Shown: positions 39,019 through 52,744, counted from the whole stretch's first letter. The stretch: 63,657 nucleotides of DNA, filler included, from Octopus bimaculoides (GCF_001194135.2; 4 parts of 4 records of this genome joined end to end with filler, not necessarily neighbours in it); one strand, 5' to 3'. Translations and numbers: made by a program. The notes: generated by a model not told the origin, from the letters alone.

Positions 39019-39682
39019 CTATAACAAAAAAAAGATGAAATATGAAAGAAAGCTTCCAAAATGTTTACCAAAATTCTCAAGTTAATAGTTTAGTTTTATA
39101 TTTCAAAAATATCCTTAATCTATCAAGAACTACCAATGGATAATATTGATAATGATTAATCCTGGGATTTTCTTTACAAGCTACAATAGCATGCTGAATC
39201 AATCTCTCTCTCTCTATATATTTTTTTTATTCTGTAGTGATAAACTACTCCAAAATAATATCTAAACACTGCCTGATACTCTCATAACAAACATTTAGCG
39301 TTACATAAAATTTAGATCTACATACTTTGGTTGTAAATTTTGTTTTATTCATTCCTGCTGACAACAAAAGACACTAAGAAAAGCAAATAGTTTATTTGTA
39401 ATTCTAACTAGAATTTCATTCTTAAGTAAATCTTGTCTGAATAAAAAAAGTTTTCAATTATGAAACAACAAATGAAATTAGTGAACCTTATAGCATTCAG
39501 ACAAAGTCTTACTGAAATATTCTTGTAGTTACATATATCACACACTGACATCTAAATAAACAGTACTATTGAAAGGAATAAGCATTATATAGAGAAATAA
39601 ATTACTCATTAATCAAGAAAATTAACTTGAGACTTAAGTATCAGCAATAACTAAAGAAATCAGAAATATATTTTCATCTAAC

Positions 39683-39736
39683 CGCTTCATGTTCCTTTTC
39701 AAGAGCTGCAGTTGTTGGGTCCATCTCAGCATATGT
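39683..39736 (-). CDS. KAT8: KAT8/MOF internal exon (54 nt, phase 0)
   Basis: T-rich tract + AG and GTTAG donor. TYAEMDPTTAALEKEHEA is the KAT8 segment preceding ITKVKY. Confidence 0.95.
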
Positions 39737-40739
39737 CTAAAAAAATTTTTTAAATTCAGATTTTAGAACAATGTAAACAAAAATATAATGAAATGACAAA
39801 AATATCTTGGACAATGTTCTTCCTAATTTTTTGCTGTGAGTGGGAGTGTGCAGAAATTTACTTGTGTGCAAATTTTCTCTTTCTTTGCAAAGTTATGTGC
39901 ACATCTAAGTGAAAAATCATCTTCAATTAAAAAAATTTAATTTCTTGAAAATGTGTGCATACTTTTTCCTTTGTGCACTAGTTTTAAAACATGTGCATTT
40001 GTACAAGCACACAATGTAGGGGAGACTTTAATCTTAGAATTCCTCCAGTCATCAACATAAAAATTTAACAAATATATATACAAGCCAACAAAGGAGCCAA
40101 TGTTGAACAGGAATTCACAGAAACTTCAACCGAAGAACTTAACAAGGGAAATTATTCAGGTGAAAACAATTAATTAGTTGAATAATAAATTTTAGAATTA
40201 TTAGAAGAAAAAATTTTAAACACTCTACTGATGTTATTGAATAGTTCTAGATCTATTATGGCACATAATAGTTAACCAACTCACTAGTTTTAATTCACAG
40301 AACATTGCACCACAAATACCATGGTCCCACCCTAGTTGGAGGACCACTAAGCTCATTCCATAATTTTGTACTTAATTGTATATTATACGGTTTAACAATC
40401 TGGATAGTTTGTTACACAGACTAACAGGGGAGTTGGCCAGAGCATGACAGTTGCAGTTCCTTCATATTTGTTACTGAGCTACAGAGGGCGCATCTCAGCA
40501 ATGTTAGAGGACAGGAAGCTTATTGATCATTATTATCATTGTTCTAACATCTACTTTTCCATGCTTGCATATTTAGGCAAATGTCACCTCTCCTGTTTCT
40601 AATTAAAGTAATATTTCTCCAAGGCAAGATATGATTTCATAGAATATTGGATATATATAACATTAATTCTATGACAGTGACACTCACTTAGAACTATCAT
40701 GTAATATTAAGACAAGGAGACACTAACACACGCATATCA

Positions 40740-42215
40740 CAACTAGATTGAGGAGATCAGCAAAATATTTTCTCCCCTACCCTGAGGACACTCTTCTCTA
40801 TAGAAAGAACCTCAGTAGAGTTCTTAAATAGCAGGTGTGGAAGAGGGTTTTTTGTTATAAAGTCGGAGGATGGTCTTCAGAATACTTCTTTGGCCAATCT
40901 AAAGTCTGAGTCCAGCTTCACCCTAAAGTTCTCCGATGACTCAGCTACAGACATTTTTACAGGCTCTGTGGCAACTTTTTGTGCTTCAGTGTACCACCTA
41001 TGTAAAAGAGGAGATTAGTTTCCTAACCAAGCTATGTAAGCCTTCTTCTTTGCTCAGGTGGTGTTTCTAACTTCCTGGTTAAATCAGGGGATTCTTTTGC
41101 ACCTAGCACCACACTAAGTCACTTTTGTCCACAGCATTTTATAGCCAAAGATGAAATTACTGAACAAAATAATTTCCACTGCATTTTGGATTAATGGACA
41201 CTTTTTGGTTGCCATGAAGTCCCTTTACAAATGCCCAGGTGTCTCTATTCAAGTAAATGGTACTATGTAGAAACCTTTCAATATGGATGTTGGACTCTGG
41301 CAGGGATGTATCTTATCACCTCTCCTTTTTTGTAGTTTCTGTGAATTGGATTGACATGCAGGGCCATTGTGGAAGTGATATCAAAATCAGTGGGTGTAGG
41401 ATCTGTCAGCTGATATCTGCAGACAACATGGTGTTACTTTGTGCATAAGAAAGTGATCTCCAGCATGCACTGAATGGGTTCACTGCTAAATGCTGCAAGG
41501 GAGAGATAACAATTTTTGTTGTAACGATTGTGATATTGGTCCTATCAAGAAACACGTCCCAGTGCACTCTGCATGTTAGCAGAATATCACTGGGAGAAGT
41601 GAAGAAGTATCTTAGGGCTGTATTCACAAGTGATGGAAGGTAGGAGGTTGAACTGGATGCTTGAGTTGCAGGTGATAGCATAGTAATGCAACAGCTCCAG
41701 CATTTGATCCTCAAAAGGGAGTAAAAAAGCCAAACTTGCAATCTTCAATGTAGTTTTAGTGCCTATCGCCACCCATGGTCATGAATATTGGGTAATGACT
41801 GAAAGAGTACGATTGTAAATACAAGTAGCTGAAAAGGAGTTTCTCTGAAGAGTCTCTGGTGTAACAGTACGCAAAAAGAGTGTGTAGCTCAGAGATCAGG
41901 GAGTCTCCTCAGTTCAAACTGCTATTTCTCTACATTATGAGGTCACAGATCTGGTGCTACAGTCATGTGATTAAAATGTTACAAGAAAGAACTGCAGGAC
42001 AGACTCTTCAAGCCAAGCCAACCAACAGGAAATCTAGGGGTAGACCAAAACTGAGATGATTGGATAATATCCAAAGTCTCAGTTGGTTGCACTTAGGAAT
42101 ACAGCCTGAAAATCTAATGATGGTTGCTTCTGATAGGACCCTATGGAGATGATGCCTGAGGACTCTACTCCCATGACCCTCCCAAGAATCATGGGCAGAG
42201 AAGATGGATGGATAT
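40740..42215. mobile_element. Old RTE-clade LINE with inverted 5' segment
   Basis: Minus 40740-41245 encodes EN-RT linker remnants (FNQEVR..AKKKAY, KLDSDFRLA). Plus 41250-42215 encodes GLWQGCILSPLLF, SADNMVL and the 3' end with a (gatg) tail. Confidence 0.7.
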
Positions 42216-42249
42216 ACACACATATATACAGTCATAAAATGAGGTACTT

Positions 42250-42392
42250 TTAATTTCTGTCTATCAAATCCACATGTACAGCTTTGGTCTGCTTGGTGCT
42301 ATAGTAGAATACAATTGCCTAAGGTGTTGAGTAGAGGGACTGAACCCAAAACCATGTAGCTGTGAAGCAAACTTAACCACATAGCCATGTGT
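42250..42392 (-). mobile_element. CORE-like SINE 5' half
   Basis: Family motifs on the reverse strand. Confidence 0.65.
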
Positions 42393-42714
42393 GTACTAGT
42401 TCATATTGTTAGATTTTTATACATAATATAGTATTTATGTTTATATTTATTTAAGTGGGGTAACATTTCAAGAATGATGTGGTAGTAGTATTCTGAGATG
42501 TCTAAGGGGAATAGGTCACTGTGCAGTCATTTGATTTCTTACAAATAACATCTCCTTCAAACTCCACCTTTTCATCTTAAAACACTGATGATATGAAAAA
42601 TAATGTTTTACAACCAGGTCAGCAGTTACAAGGTTTGTTTATCAGAAGTAAAAAGTGGTAAGTTCTTTTACAAATATGCAATAAAAAAAGGTTGAAATCT
42701 GAAACGCAAAACTC

Positions 42715-43370
42715 AATCATCATTATCATCATCATTTAAAATCTGCTTTCCATACTGGCATGGGTTCAACAGTTTGACAGGAGCTGGTTAGGCAGAAGAC
42801 TGCACCAGGCTTCAGTGTCTGTTTTGGCATGGTTTTTACAGCTGGATGCCCTTCTTAACACCAACCACCTCACAGAGTAGACTGAGTGCTTTTTACAAGG
42901 CATCAGCACAGGCAAGGTTTTTACAGATGGATGCCCTTCCAAATGTCAACCACTTTACAGTGTGGACTGGATGCTTTTTACATGGCACCAGCACTGGTAG
43001 GGTCAACAAATAATTTACAAGACAAAGATCTTTTGAGAGGGGAGGGGGCATTGGAGGAGGTGATCTTGTGTCGNNNNNNNNNNCAAAGGCCAGTCAGGTG
43101 GTACTGGCAACGGCCACGCTCAAAATGGTGTATTTTATGTGCCATCCGCACAAGAGCCAGTCCAGGGGCACTGGCGACGATCTCGCTCGAAAATTCTTAC
43201 ACATGTCACGGGCACAAGTGCCAGAAAAGCGATGCTGGGCACAGGTGCCATCCCGATTTCGCTTTCGCTTGCCCCAATAAGTCTTCACAAGTTTCGTGTC
43301 CAATGAAGGAGACAGCGTTGGCATGGGTGCCAGTCGTCGAATTTAGTTGTCGAACTTTTAGATATTGAAA
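42715..43370 (-). repeat. Interspersed repeat family with (GAT)n tail, two pieces either side of a 10-N gap
   Basis: Shares cagctggatgcccttc and catgggtt..ac.gtttgac with 49716-49985 and 53275-53520. Confidence 0.65.
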
Positions 43371-43853
43371 TCACATTGCCAGCTTTTGAAAAATCCTTAA
43401 ACAGCATGCAACATTACTGGCCAATTTCATCCTGCAACTCAAAGAAGAGAAGGAAAAATACGACCTGACCTGGTCAATAATTAGACACTCGAGTCCCTAT
43501 AATACACTATCCCAGAAATGCCAGCTATGTTCCAAGGAATCGCTGTCTATACAGTTGACGAAAGAGATTATATAGAGATTAGCAAAATGCCTGCCCAGAT
43601 GATTGCATGCACTTTCACAAAATACGATGGGAACCACACCTAACCAGTACAACTAAATACAAAAGTATAACCCTAACCATTTGAATTCACCACTCAACCC
43701 CACTGAATTACAACCACATGAACAACAACCATGGAACCTATACCAAGGAAGAACCACATGGGAATGCTACATGTATTTAGGTACATTCATATAGGACAGG
43801 TGAAGAATGCAACCATAGGTCACTAGAGTATAGTTTAAAAAAAAAACATAATA

Positions 43854-44689
43854 CGTGGGCTGATCAATAAGTATCTGAACTGTTGCCACAGTAACGAAGC
43901 CAAAGCATGCAGAGTGAAGCCATTTGACACAGATTGACCTTGAACTCCGCTGTGCATGTACACTAAGTTCCAGCATTCTAGCTCACTTCCACTGTTTATA
44001 GCAGTAATTGGAAGGAATGTGTGTAGCATATGATCATCGCATTGACTATGACAGAGAAAGTTGAGCAGAGAATTTACATCAAATTTTGCCAAAAGCTTGG
44101 TGATACCTGTTCAGAGGCCTACACAAAGTTTTCATCATTCTCAACACAATCAAGGAGATCTTGTGCAACAGAAACCAGAGTGTCTTTTTGGTTAGCTGAA
44201 AGCAGTTCAGGGATAATGGACTAAACTCAACCTAATCTGCACATCCTCTGGTAACTATGGATGGTGATCCAACAATTTCCCCTCATAGCTGCATGCACAT
44301 CGGTGATGTTTTTCTCAGTTCTGTTGGTTGCAGGTCTCCCAGAATGCTCATCAGTATTGACATATTTTTGGCCATCTTGGAAACGTCTGAACCACTCATA
44401 CACTTGTGTGCAACTCATACACTCATCTCCATACACTTTCTGCAACCTTGCATAGGCCTCTGAGCAGGTATCGCCATCACAACTTTCTCTGTCATGGTCA
44501 ATGTGATGATCACACACTATCCACCTTCCTTCCAAGCATTGCTGCAAACAGCAGAAGGGAGTTAGAATGCTAAAACTTAGCGCATATGCACAGCAGAGTT
44601 CAAGGTCAATCCTTGCCAAGTGGCTTCACTCTGTGTGCTCTAGCTTCGTTACTATGGCAACAGTCCGGATACTTATTGATCACACCTCA
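43854..44689. mobile_element. Mariner composite made of two convergent 5' ends, TA on both sides
   Basis: Both ends read (c/t)g(t/a)gg..tgatcaataagtatc inward and carry the transposase N-terminus (KLGDTCSEAY). TA at 43852-43853 and 44690-44691. Confidence 0.8.
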
Positions 44690-45070
44690 TAAACAGATTA
44701 ACTAAAGTGACAAAAATATGTTTTATCATGTTTATATAGTCACATATATTCATATGCGAAACTTTTGAATACAACTGTATGTCACTAAAATATGCTAACA
44801 AAAAGTTATTAGAGTATAGTCTTTTTAAAAAAAACATAATTAACTAAAAGCGCAAAAATATGTATAGTCTTTTTAAAAAAAACATAATTAACTAAAAGCG
44901 CAAAAATATGTTTCTATACAGTTATGTTCACATATGATACTTGGAATGCAACCGGATGTCACTAAAATATACTAACAAAAAGTTACTGCTTGAAAAAACT
45001 AACAAGGCAACAAAAATACATAGATCTACATGTGTGTGTGTGTGTGTGTACACATGAGCGTGTGTGTGCA

Positions 45071-46320
45071 CAGGGCCTTGCAGATAAATTGAGACCAATT
45101 TTAAGCAGTTGGCTTAATGGGTTTAACATTTCATTTTTTGATGTTGCTTGCTAGAAAATCTAATCCTCCTCTTTATTTTTCAGGTAAATAGCAAACTAAT
45201 TCAACAACAGAAAGTCATGGAACAACAGAATCATTCTGCCGTTGTTGTTTTGGCACGTGCCAGACACACTGCCAAAAAATTGCTAAGTTGACGAAACTTC
45301 CAAAAGCAACAGTTTATCATGTGTACAAACAATTTAAAGAAGGAGAAATTGATAGAAAAGGACACAAAACTCAAGCTGATTCCAAGCGCAATCCAAATTT
45401 TCTCACTCACCTCCAACACTCAATTGAAGCCAACCTATCCACATCCATGACAACTCTTGCAAAGAAATGTAATATGACCCTTTCCATGGTGTCTAGAGCT
45501 GTGAACTGGAACCTTGGCATGACTAGCTATGTTCGATGATGCTGTCACCTCATAACAGCCAAGGCCAAAGCAATCAGAGCCAAGAGATACCCAAAGCTTC
45601 TGTCATTCATCAAGCATCAAGGTGCAGGAAAGATTCATGTATTTGTGGACGAAAAGAAGTTCACTGTGGATGCTGAGGTGAATCACAGAAATTCTCATGT
45701 GATTGCATACAACCCTTCTGACATCCCCTGCATTTGAGACTAAGAATCCTGCCTCTATGATGGTATTTGAAGCTGTGGTGAGTAATGGAAGCGTCATGGA
45801 TCCACACTTCATTGAGTCTGGCTTGAAGATTGGCACAAAGAAGTATCTAGACATCTTTTAGAACTCTCTGCTACTTTGGATGGAGTAGAAGTTTGGGCTT
45901 GACAATGTGGTGCTTATCCAGGATTCTGCACCATGCCACAGGCTTTCTTTGGTGAGAAAGTGCCATTTTTTGTGAGGGCCAACATCTGGCCTAGTAATAA
46001 CCCAGATCTCAACCTTTTCAATTACTTTTTATGAGGCATACTTCAAGCAAGGACCAATGCTTCACCACACTCGAGTTTGAAGACCTGCATCATGCTTGCA
46101 ACACACAAAATCAAAAAACAAAGGTTGCAGCAGGTGCAAAAAAAATTTAATTCATGTGTGGAGGCAGTAATTGCCTAAAAGGACAGCCATCTTGAGTGAT
46201 AAATGTTTTTGTTGTAATAAATGTTACATTAAAATCATATCTGTCTGCTACCATTATTTTAGTATTTATAACCAGTTTTATGTATCATAAAAATTGTCTC
46301 AATTTATCTGTAAGACCCTG
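45071..46320 (+). mobile_element. Near full-length decayed Tc1/mariner (maT/DD37D-like) transposon
   Basis: TIRs cagggccttgcagataaattgagac / gtctcaatttatctgtaagaccctg + TA; FVDEKKFTVD, IQDSAPCH, WPSNNPDLN remnants with stops. The subfamily call is tentative. Confidence 0.88.
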
Positions 46321-46330
46321 TATGTGTACA

Positions 46331-46398
<68 letters not shown>

Positions 46399-47439
46399 AA
46401 ATGTATATGTGCATGTACGTATATGTATTTATATAAGTATATATGTATACGTGTGTACCTAATCGTCTGCCTTTGTTGTTGAATGAGTCGTTGACCCTAC
46501 ATGACATAGATATAGAATGCATCAAACTGTCTACACCATAGCTTCCTAAAGTGGGTGATTTCAACTTACAGGTGAGCGATGGGTGATTTGAGATTTTGGT
46601 TGGCGATATGAACATTTTGTGGGTGACAATGAATTTTTAGAAATTAAGTCTGCATTTACTAGGCATGCCTAGAATAAGGATGCACTTTTATCGATTTGAC
46701 TAATCGCATGAGACATCCCTTTGTATTAAAAAAGCAGACTTGTTTATCAATTGAATATTTTTGTCATAGTCATTGAGATGGTTGTCATGCATGCTAAATA
46801 TAGCAGCCAAATAGGCCTAGGCCTTAAATCATACTCCACTACAATTTTTTTTTTTTTGCATAATTGTATGAAGTCCCGAGTATAGAATTCAAATTCGCAA
46901 ACATTTTCTGAAAATTCCGAAAAATAAAAACAGTTACGAGGGGTTATAGTTGTGCATAATTCCATGGTTTCATATCAAAACACAAGTGCCGTGCCATTTT
47001 TAGGATGCTGATAAAATGTTTAGTCACGCACAAAATGACAGCTTTGATAGCATGTTTCTTGACTGGGTGAAAATGATTAGACTTTAAACCTCTATAACGT
47101 TTTAAAATCATTTTCTGGAAAAAGTTGAATAACTCCAGCAATTTAGCTTGGAAAGGTACATTAATGTGCCAAATTCTAAAATTTTCGATAAACGTTAATT
47201 TTTGAAATGCTGGTAGCCAAACGAACTAGATCCATAATTGCTCCATTGAAGACGTGTCATCCAACTCTGCTCTAGTGACTTCTTCTCTTTGAGAATACCA
47301 TACTGCCTTTCTGATGCCATCTGTAGATATTTGTTTTCACATTTTCACTTTACTGATGCCTCCAGTCAAGAAAATTTGTCGACAGGACAGTAGTGATTAC
47401 TTATTGTTTGGATTTATTCCCTCTCCTCAGAACTGTCAG

Positions 47440-48004
47440 TTACCAATGTGCCTTCTTTGCTTTATATATATTTAGGTAGTAGGAATTAGGTTTACGTTTA
47501 TTAAAAGAGGTAACAATAGATTCTATATTGAGTGAAGATGAGTAGGATAATTTAAGGGTAGATCTATTAAAGATTGAATGGTATTTATGATGACGTGGGA
47601 AGTTAGAGTCTACTATTTGAAAGAAGGTTTTGGCTAAGCCCCTAATGTTTAAAGCGAATGGGGGTGTAAACAAGCGAATCGATCTAGCCCCGCTGTTGTT
47701 AGGCAATATAGGGGAAGTATAATCTATAGTATTTGTTAGATGAGAGTTATGGGATTCATTGTTGTTTATCAGTTTGAGTTTCAATAATGTATTATATGGG
47801 TGAACATAGGGCAGACGGGAGTGTCTCACCCAAGGTCCTTCCAGGTTTCTGGCAGGGGTTTTAGTTTGTCTAGCTATAGAGGAAGAGTTAATCTGTCTCG
47901 CAGTGGGACATGTCCCACAGGGACTGAGTTTAGTGATGTGTTTCTTAAGTTTAGTGTTTGCCATGAATTTAATTTTCTGGAAGAAGCCACTAGCAGTTAG
48001 TGCC
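47440..48004 (-). mobile_element. Penelope-like element fragment (post-RT linker)
   Basis: RLFTPPFALNI...FFQIVDSNFPRHHKYHSIFNRSTLKLSYS, typical of the region before the GIY-YIG endonuclease. Confidence 0.8.
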
Positions 48005-48105
48005 TNNNNNNNNNNNNNNNNNNNNNNNNNNNNNNNNNNNNNNNNNNNNNNNNNNNNNNNNNNNNNNNNNNNNNNNNNNNNNNNNNNNNNNNNNNNNNNN
48101 NNNNN

Positions 48106-49790
48106 CTGTTGCCATAGTAACAAAGCTAAAGCACACAGAGTGAAGCCACTTGGCAAGGATTGACCTTGAACTCTACTGTGCATGTGCACTAAGTTTTAAC
48201 ATTCTAACTCACTTCTGCTGTTTGCAGCAATGCTTGGAAGGAAGGTGGATAGTGTGTGATCATCACATTGACCATGACAGAGAAAGTTGTGATGGCGATA
48301 CCTGCTCAGAGGCCTATGCAAGGTTGCAGAAAGTGTATGGAGATGACTGTATGAGTTGCACACAAGTGTATGAGTTGTTCAGACGTTTCCAAGATGGCCA
48401 AAAATATGTCAATACTGATGAGCATTCTGGGAGACCTGCAACCAACAGAACTGAGAAAAACATTACCGATGTGCATGCAGCTATGAGGGGAAATTGTTGG
48501 ATCACCATCCATAGTTACCAGAGGATGTGCAGATTAGGTTGAGTTTAGTCCATTATCCCTGAACTGCTTTCAGCTAACCAAAAAGACACTCTGGTTTCTG
48601 TTGCACAAGATCTCCTTGATTGTGTTGAGNNNNNNNNNNNNNNNNNNNNNNNNNNNNNNNNNNNNNNNNNNNNNNNNNNNNNNNNNNNNNNNNNNNNNNN
48701 NNNNNNNNNNNNNNNNNNNNNNNNNNNNNNNNNNNNNNNNNNNNNNNNNNNNNNNNNNNNNNNNNNNNNNNNNNNNNNNNNNNNNNNNNNNNNNNNNNNN
48801 NNNNNNNNNNNNNNNNNNNNNNNNNNNNNNNNNNNNNNNNNNNNNNNNNNNNNNNNNNNNNNNNNNNNNNNNNNNNNNNNNNNNNNNNNNNNNNNNNNNN
48901 NNNNNNNNNNNNNNNNNNNNNNNNNNNNNNNNNNNNNNNNNNNNNNNNCATTCTTCACCTGTCCTATATGAATGTACCTAAATACATGTAGCATTCCCAT
49001 GTGGTTCTTCCTTGGTATAGGTTCCATGGTTGTTGTTCATGTGGTTGTAATTCAGTGGGGTTGAGTGGTGAAGTCAAATGGTTAGGGTTATACTTTTGTG
49101 TTTAGTTGTACTGGTTAGGTGTGGTTTCCATCGTATTTTGTGAAAGTGCATGCAATCATCTGGGCAGGCATTTTGCAAATCTCTNNNNNNNNNNNNNNNN
49201 NNNNNNNNNNNNNNNNNNNNNNNNNNNNNNNNNNNNNNNNNNNNNNNNNNNNNNNNNNNNNNNNNNNNNNNNNNNNNNNNNNNNNNNNNNNNNNNNNNNN
49301 NNNNNNNNNNNNNNNNNNNNNNNNNNNNNNNNNNNNNNNNNNNNNNNNNNNNNNNNNNNNNNNNNNNNNNNNNNNNNNNNNNNNNNNNNNNNNNNNNNNN
49401 NNNNNNNNNNNNNNNNNNNNNNNNNNNNNNNNNNNNNNNNNNNNNNNNNNNNNNNNNNNNNNNNNNNNNNNNNNNNNNNNNNNNNNNNNNNNNNNNNNNN
49501 NNNNNNNNNNNNNNNNNNNNNNNNNNNNNNNNNNNNNNNNNNNNNNNNNNNNNNNNNNNNNNNNNNNNNNNNNNNNNNNNNNNNNNNNNNNNNNNNNNNN
49601 NNNNNNNNNNNNNNNNNNNNNNNNNNNNNNNNNNNNNNNNNNNNNNNNNNNNNNNNNNNNNNNNNNNNNNNNNNNNNNNNNNNNNNNNNNNNNNNNNNNN
49701 NNNNNNNNNNNNNNACTGGCTCTTGTGCGGGTGGCACATAAAATACACCATTTTGAGCGTGGCCATTGCCAGTACCACCTGACTGGCCTT
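48106..49790. repeat. Inverted duplicate of 43084-44670 (partly gapped)
   Basis: 48106-48629, 48949-49184 and 49715-49790 are reverse complements of 44140-44670, 43580-43810 and 43084-43160, in collinear order. Confidence 0.85.
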
Positions 49791-49985
49791 CGTGCGGGTG
49801 ACACGTAAAAGCACCCACTACACTCTGAGTGGTTGGCGTTAGGAAGGGCATCCAGCTGTAGAAACTCTGCCAAATCAGATTAGAGTCTGGTGTAGCCATC
49901 TGGTTTCACCAGTCCTCAGTCAAATCGTCCAACCCATGCTAGCATGGAAAGCGGACGTTAAACGATGATGATGAGGATGATGATT
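49716..49985 (+). repeat. (GAT)n-tailed repeat family copy
   Basis: cacgtaaaagcacccactacactc...ggcatccagctgtagaaactctgcc...aaacgatgatgatg. Confidence 0.8.
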
Positions 49986-49989
49986 GTCT

Positions 49990-51560
49990 GATGCACCAAT
50001 ATACACATATGGGCTTCTTTAGTGTTTACAGTGTACTTGTATGCTACATTGCTTCTCTTGCATCGGTTACCCAGAGGACATTTTGATTGATCCCTGCATG
50101 AGTACAGGTTTCCAGTTTTCTTGTTTGTGTGTGTATGGCCAGTACCTGTCCAGTTGGTGCTATTTTCATTTGTGCTCATGGCTGACCTGTTACTATTTTT
50201 ATTATTTCTGGGTATGTTTGTGTTGTTGTTTGAGTTGTTGTGGCCATCATGTGTTGGTGGGTTGCTAAAGTCATTGTTGTAGTTGTGGTTTTTTTGTTGG
50301 TTAGTGTTATTGTTTGAGTTTTTGTAACTGTGATGCGTTATTTGGTTGGTATTTTCATTGTCACTAGGGTTACTATATGGGTCTCCATTAATTTTTATGG
50401 GCCTGTTTTCGATGTTTATTTGCATGCTATCTTAGTTTTTGATTGTTAATCATATGAATGTGGTTGAATAATTGGCTGTACATATCGTTTTTAGGGAAGC
50501 AATGATTGAGTGTGGTGAAGAACTGTTTCCTGATCCTGGATGAGATGTTTGAGCCCCAGATTGCGTTGTATCAGAGGAGATCATGTTTTGTTTTTTTTTT
50601 ATCTCCTATTAGGTTTATTTGTTTGTGGTATCCTATGTTTAATGGTGCTGATGTGTTGTCCATCGCTATTTGTCTTTATCCCATTATTGGTTCTCATGTA
50701 CCTACTATTGATTGTCCTATTCTTATGGGGTTCTGTTTTTACCCAGGTTTTGAACGTTGTATGTGTGGTTTGCATTGTGTTTGGTGGGGTTATTCCCAGA
50801 GTTGTCTAGGTTATTACTATAATTATTATTGCTGCTACCCATGTATTTGATTTTCACATGGTAGCTGGATGTGGTTAGAGCGGCATTATAATAGGGTGCG
50901 TGTTTGTTGAATATATCTTCATTGGCAGATAATTTGGATACTCTAGCTGAAATGTTCTTTACTAATTCCCTATTGATGGTAAATGATTAGATCTAATGTG
51001 TAAATATTTTAGGCTCTCATTGGGCTTATGAAATGGTTCATGCAGCCCAGAATCTAAATTGAAAGTAGCATCTAAGAAGTTTACCCTACAGTATTCATTA
51101 TCTATGGTTATTGAGAGTCCAAGAATTTAAGTAAAGATTTTTTGTGTTTTCAAGCTCCACTTTACTGCATCCATTTATGAAAAAAAGCGCATCATCCCTG
51201 TACAGACCTCTGCTGATTCCTGGGAAATAGGGCTGGATCAGGGATAGGATACAGACTCTGACTAGGTCAGTGACTTGTGTGGAATCTGAGGATCCCATAG
51301 CTATTTCGAATGTGTTCTCTGTTGGACCGGTTCCACATTTTGCCATCAAAATCTACTAGTTCCATGTGCTGCTAGTATTATGTTGATCTCATGTTTAGAG
51401 AGATTTGAATTATTCTTAAAGTAGATTAATGCCTTATTTAGGAGAATAGGGTTAATGCTGGCATAATATCCCTCAATGTCTGCTTGAATGAATTTACTGT
51501 ATTTATTTATTTCTAGTTGGTTAAACCATCCAATTACCTCCTGTGTGTCTGGTCACATAT
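49990..51560 (-). mobile_element. Decayed Penelope-like element (RT, linker, start of GIY-YIG)
   Basis: FEIAMGSSDS..LYRDDALF (RT); WYNAIW..QFFTTLNHCFPKND; SCRDQSKCPLGNRC cysteine motif. Confidence 0.8.
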
Positions 51561-51654
51561 AACATCCTGAACTGATTCAATTGGTTTTACCTCTCTTATT
51601 CACAGTTATTAAACCTACTAGAAGCAGAGACCAAATTCTCTTAAACCATACCCT

Positions 51655-51950
51655 AGGCGCAGGAGTGACTGTGTGGTAAGTAGCTTGCTTACCAACCACA
51701 TGGTTCCAGGTTCAATCTCACTGCATGGTACCTTGGGCAAGTGTCCCCTACTATAGCCTCAGATCACCCAAAGCCCTGTAAGCGAATTTGATAGATGGAA
51801 ACTGAAGGAAGCCCGTCGTATATATGTGTGTTTGTGTGTGTGCGTGTGTGTGTGTATGTGTGTATATGTTTGCATGTCTGTGTTTGTCTCCCCACCATTG
51901 CTTGATAACTGATGTTGGTGTGTTTACATCACTGTAATTTACGCACATAT
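51655..51950 (+). mobile_element. Composite CORE-like SINE with internal microsatellite
   Basis: gtgtggtaagtagcttgcttaccaaccacatggttccaggttcaat...ggaaactgaaggaagcccgtcg, (TG)n, then second half. Confidence 0.8.
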
Positions 51951-52008
51951 ACATGCACACATACCTATACACTTACACACACACACCCATGTATACATAC
52001 ACAAGCCC

Positions 52009-52061
<53 letters not shown>

Positions 52062-52329
52062 GGCACATTCCTATACACACGCATGCACACATATACACAC
52101 ATATCTACATACATATAGTTATACGTACATATGTACACATACTCATACATATATATAAATACACACACACGTATACACACATATATATATATATATATGA
52201 ACATGTGTATATATGTAAATAGTGTTTTTATATAAATGCATGCATATATACACACACACACATTTGCACCCATACACGCAAGAACGTATGTACGCACTTA
52301 TGTAAATACATAGACACATTTATACCTAA

Positions 52330-52700
52330 CCACTCATGAGTTTATGTTAATGCCCCACCACACATGATGCAACCGATCTTATGGTCTGCAATACCAACTT
52401 CAGGAAACCTGCCAGTCACCTAGTCACCTACCGCTCCGGCAGACACTCTAGCCAAATCGACTACATCCTCGCCAGAAATAGGGAAAGAGGGCGGCTTATA
52501 AATGCCAAAACCTACCCTGGCGAAGAATGTACCCCACAACATAGATTAGTAGTTAGCGACTTTGGGATCAAGGCAAAATGGGTGCCCAGAATTAGACAGG
52601 CTTGGAGGAGAAGGGTGTGGAAGCTTAAAGACCCTGCAAACGGACAGAGACTTAGAGACAAGTTACTTGAAGCATTTAACGAAATAGAAGGGGATATAGC
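52330..52700 (+). mobile_element. RTE-clade LINE endonuclease fragment at scaffold end
   Basis: CNTNFRKPASHLVTYRSG..SQIDYIL..PGEECTPQHRLVVSDF. Confidence 0.88.
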
Positions 52701-52744
52701 NNNNNNNNNNNNNNNNNNNNNNNNNNNNNNNNNNNNNNNNNNNN

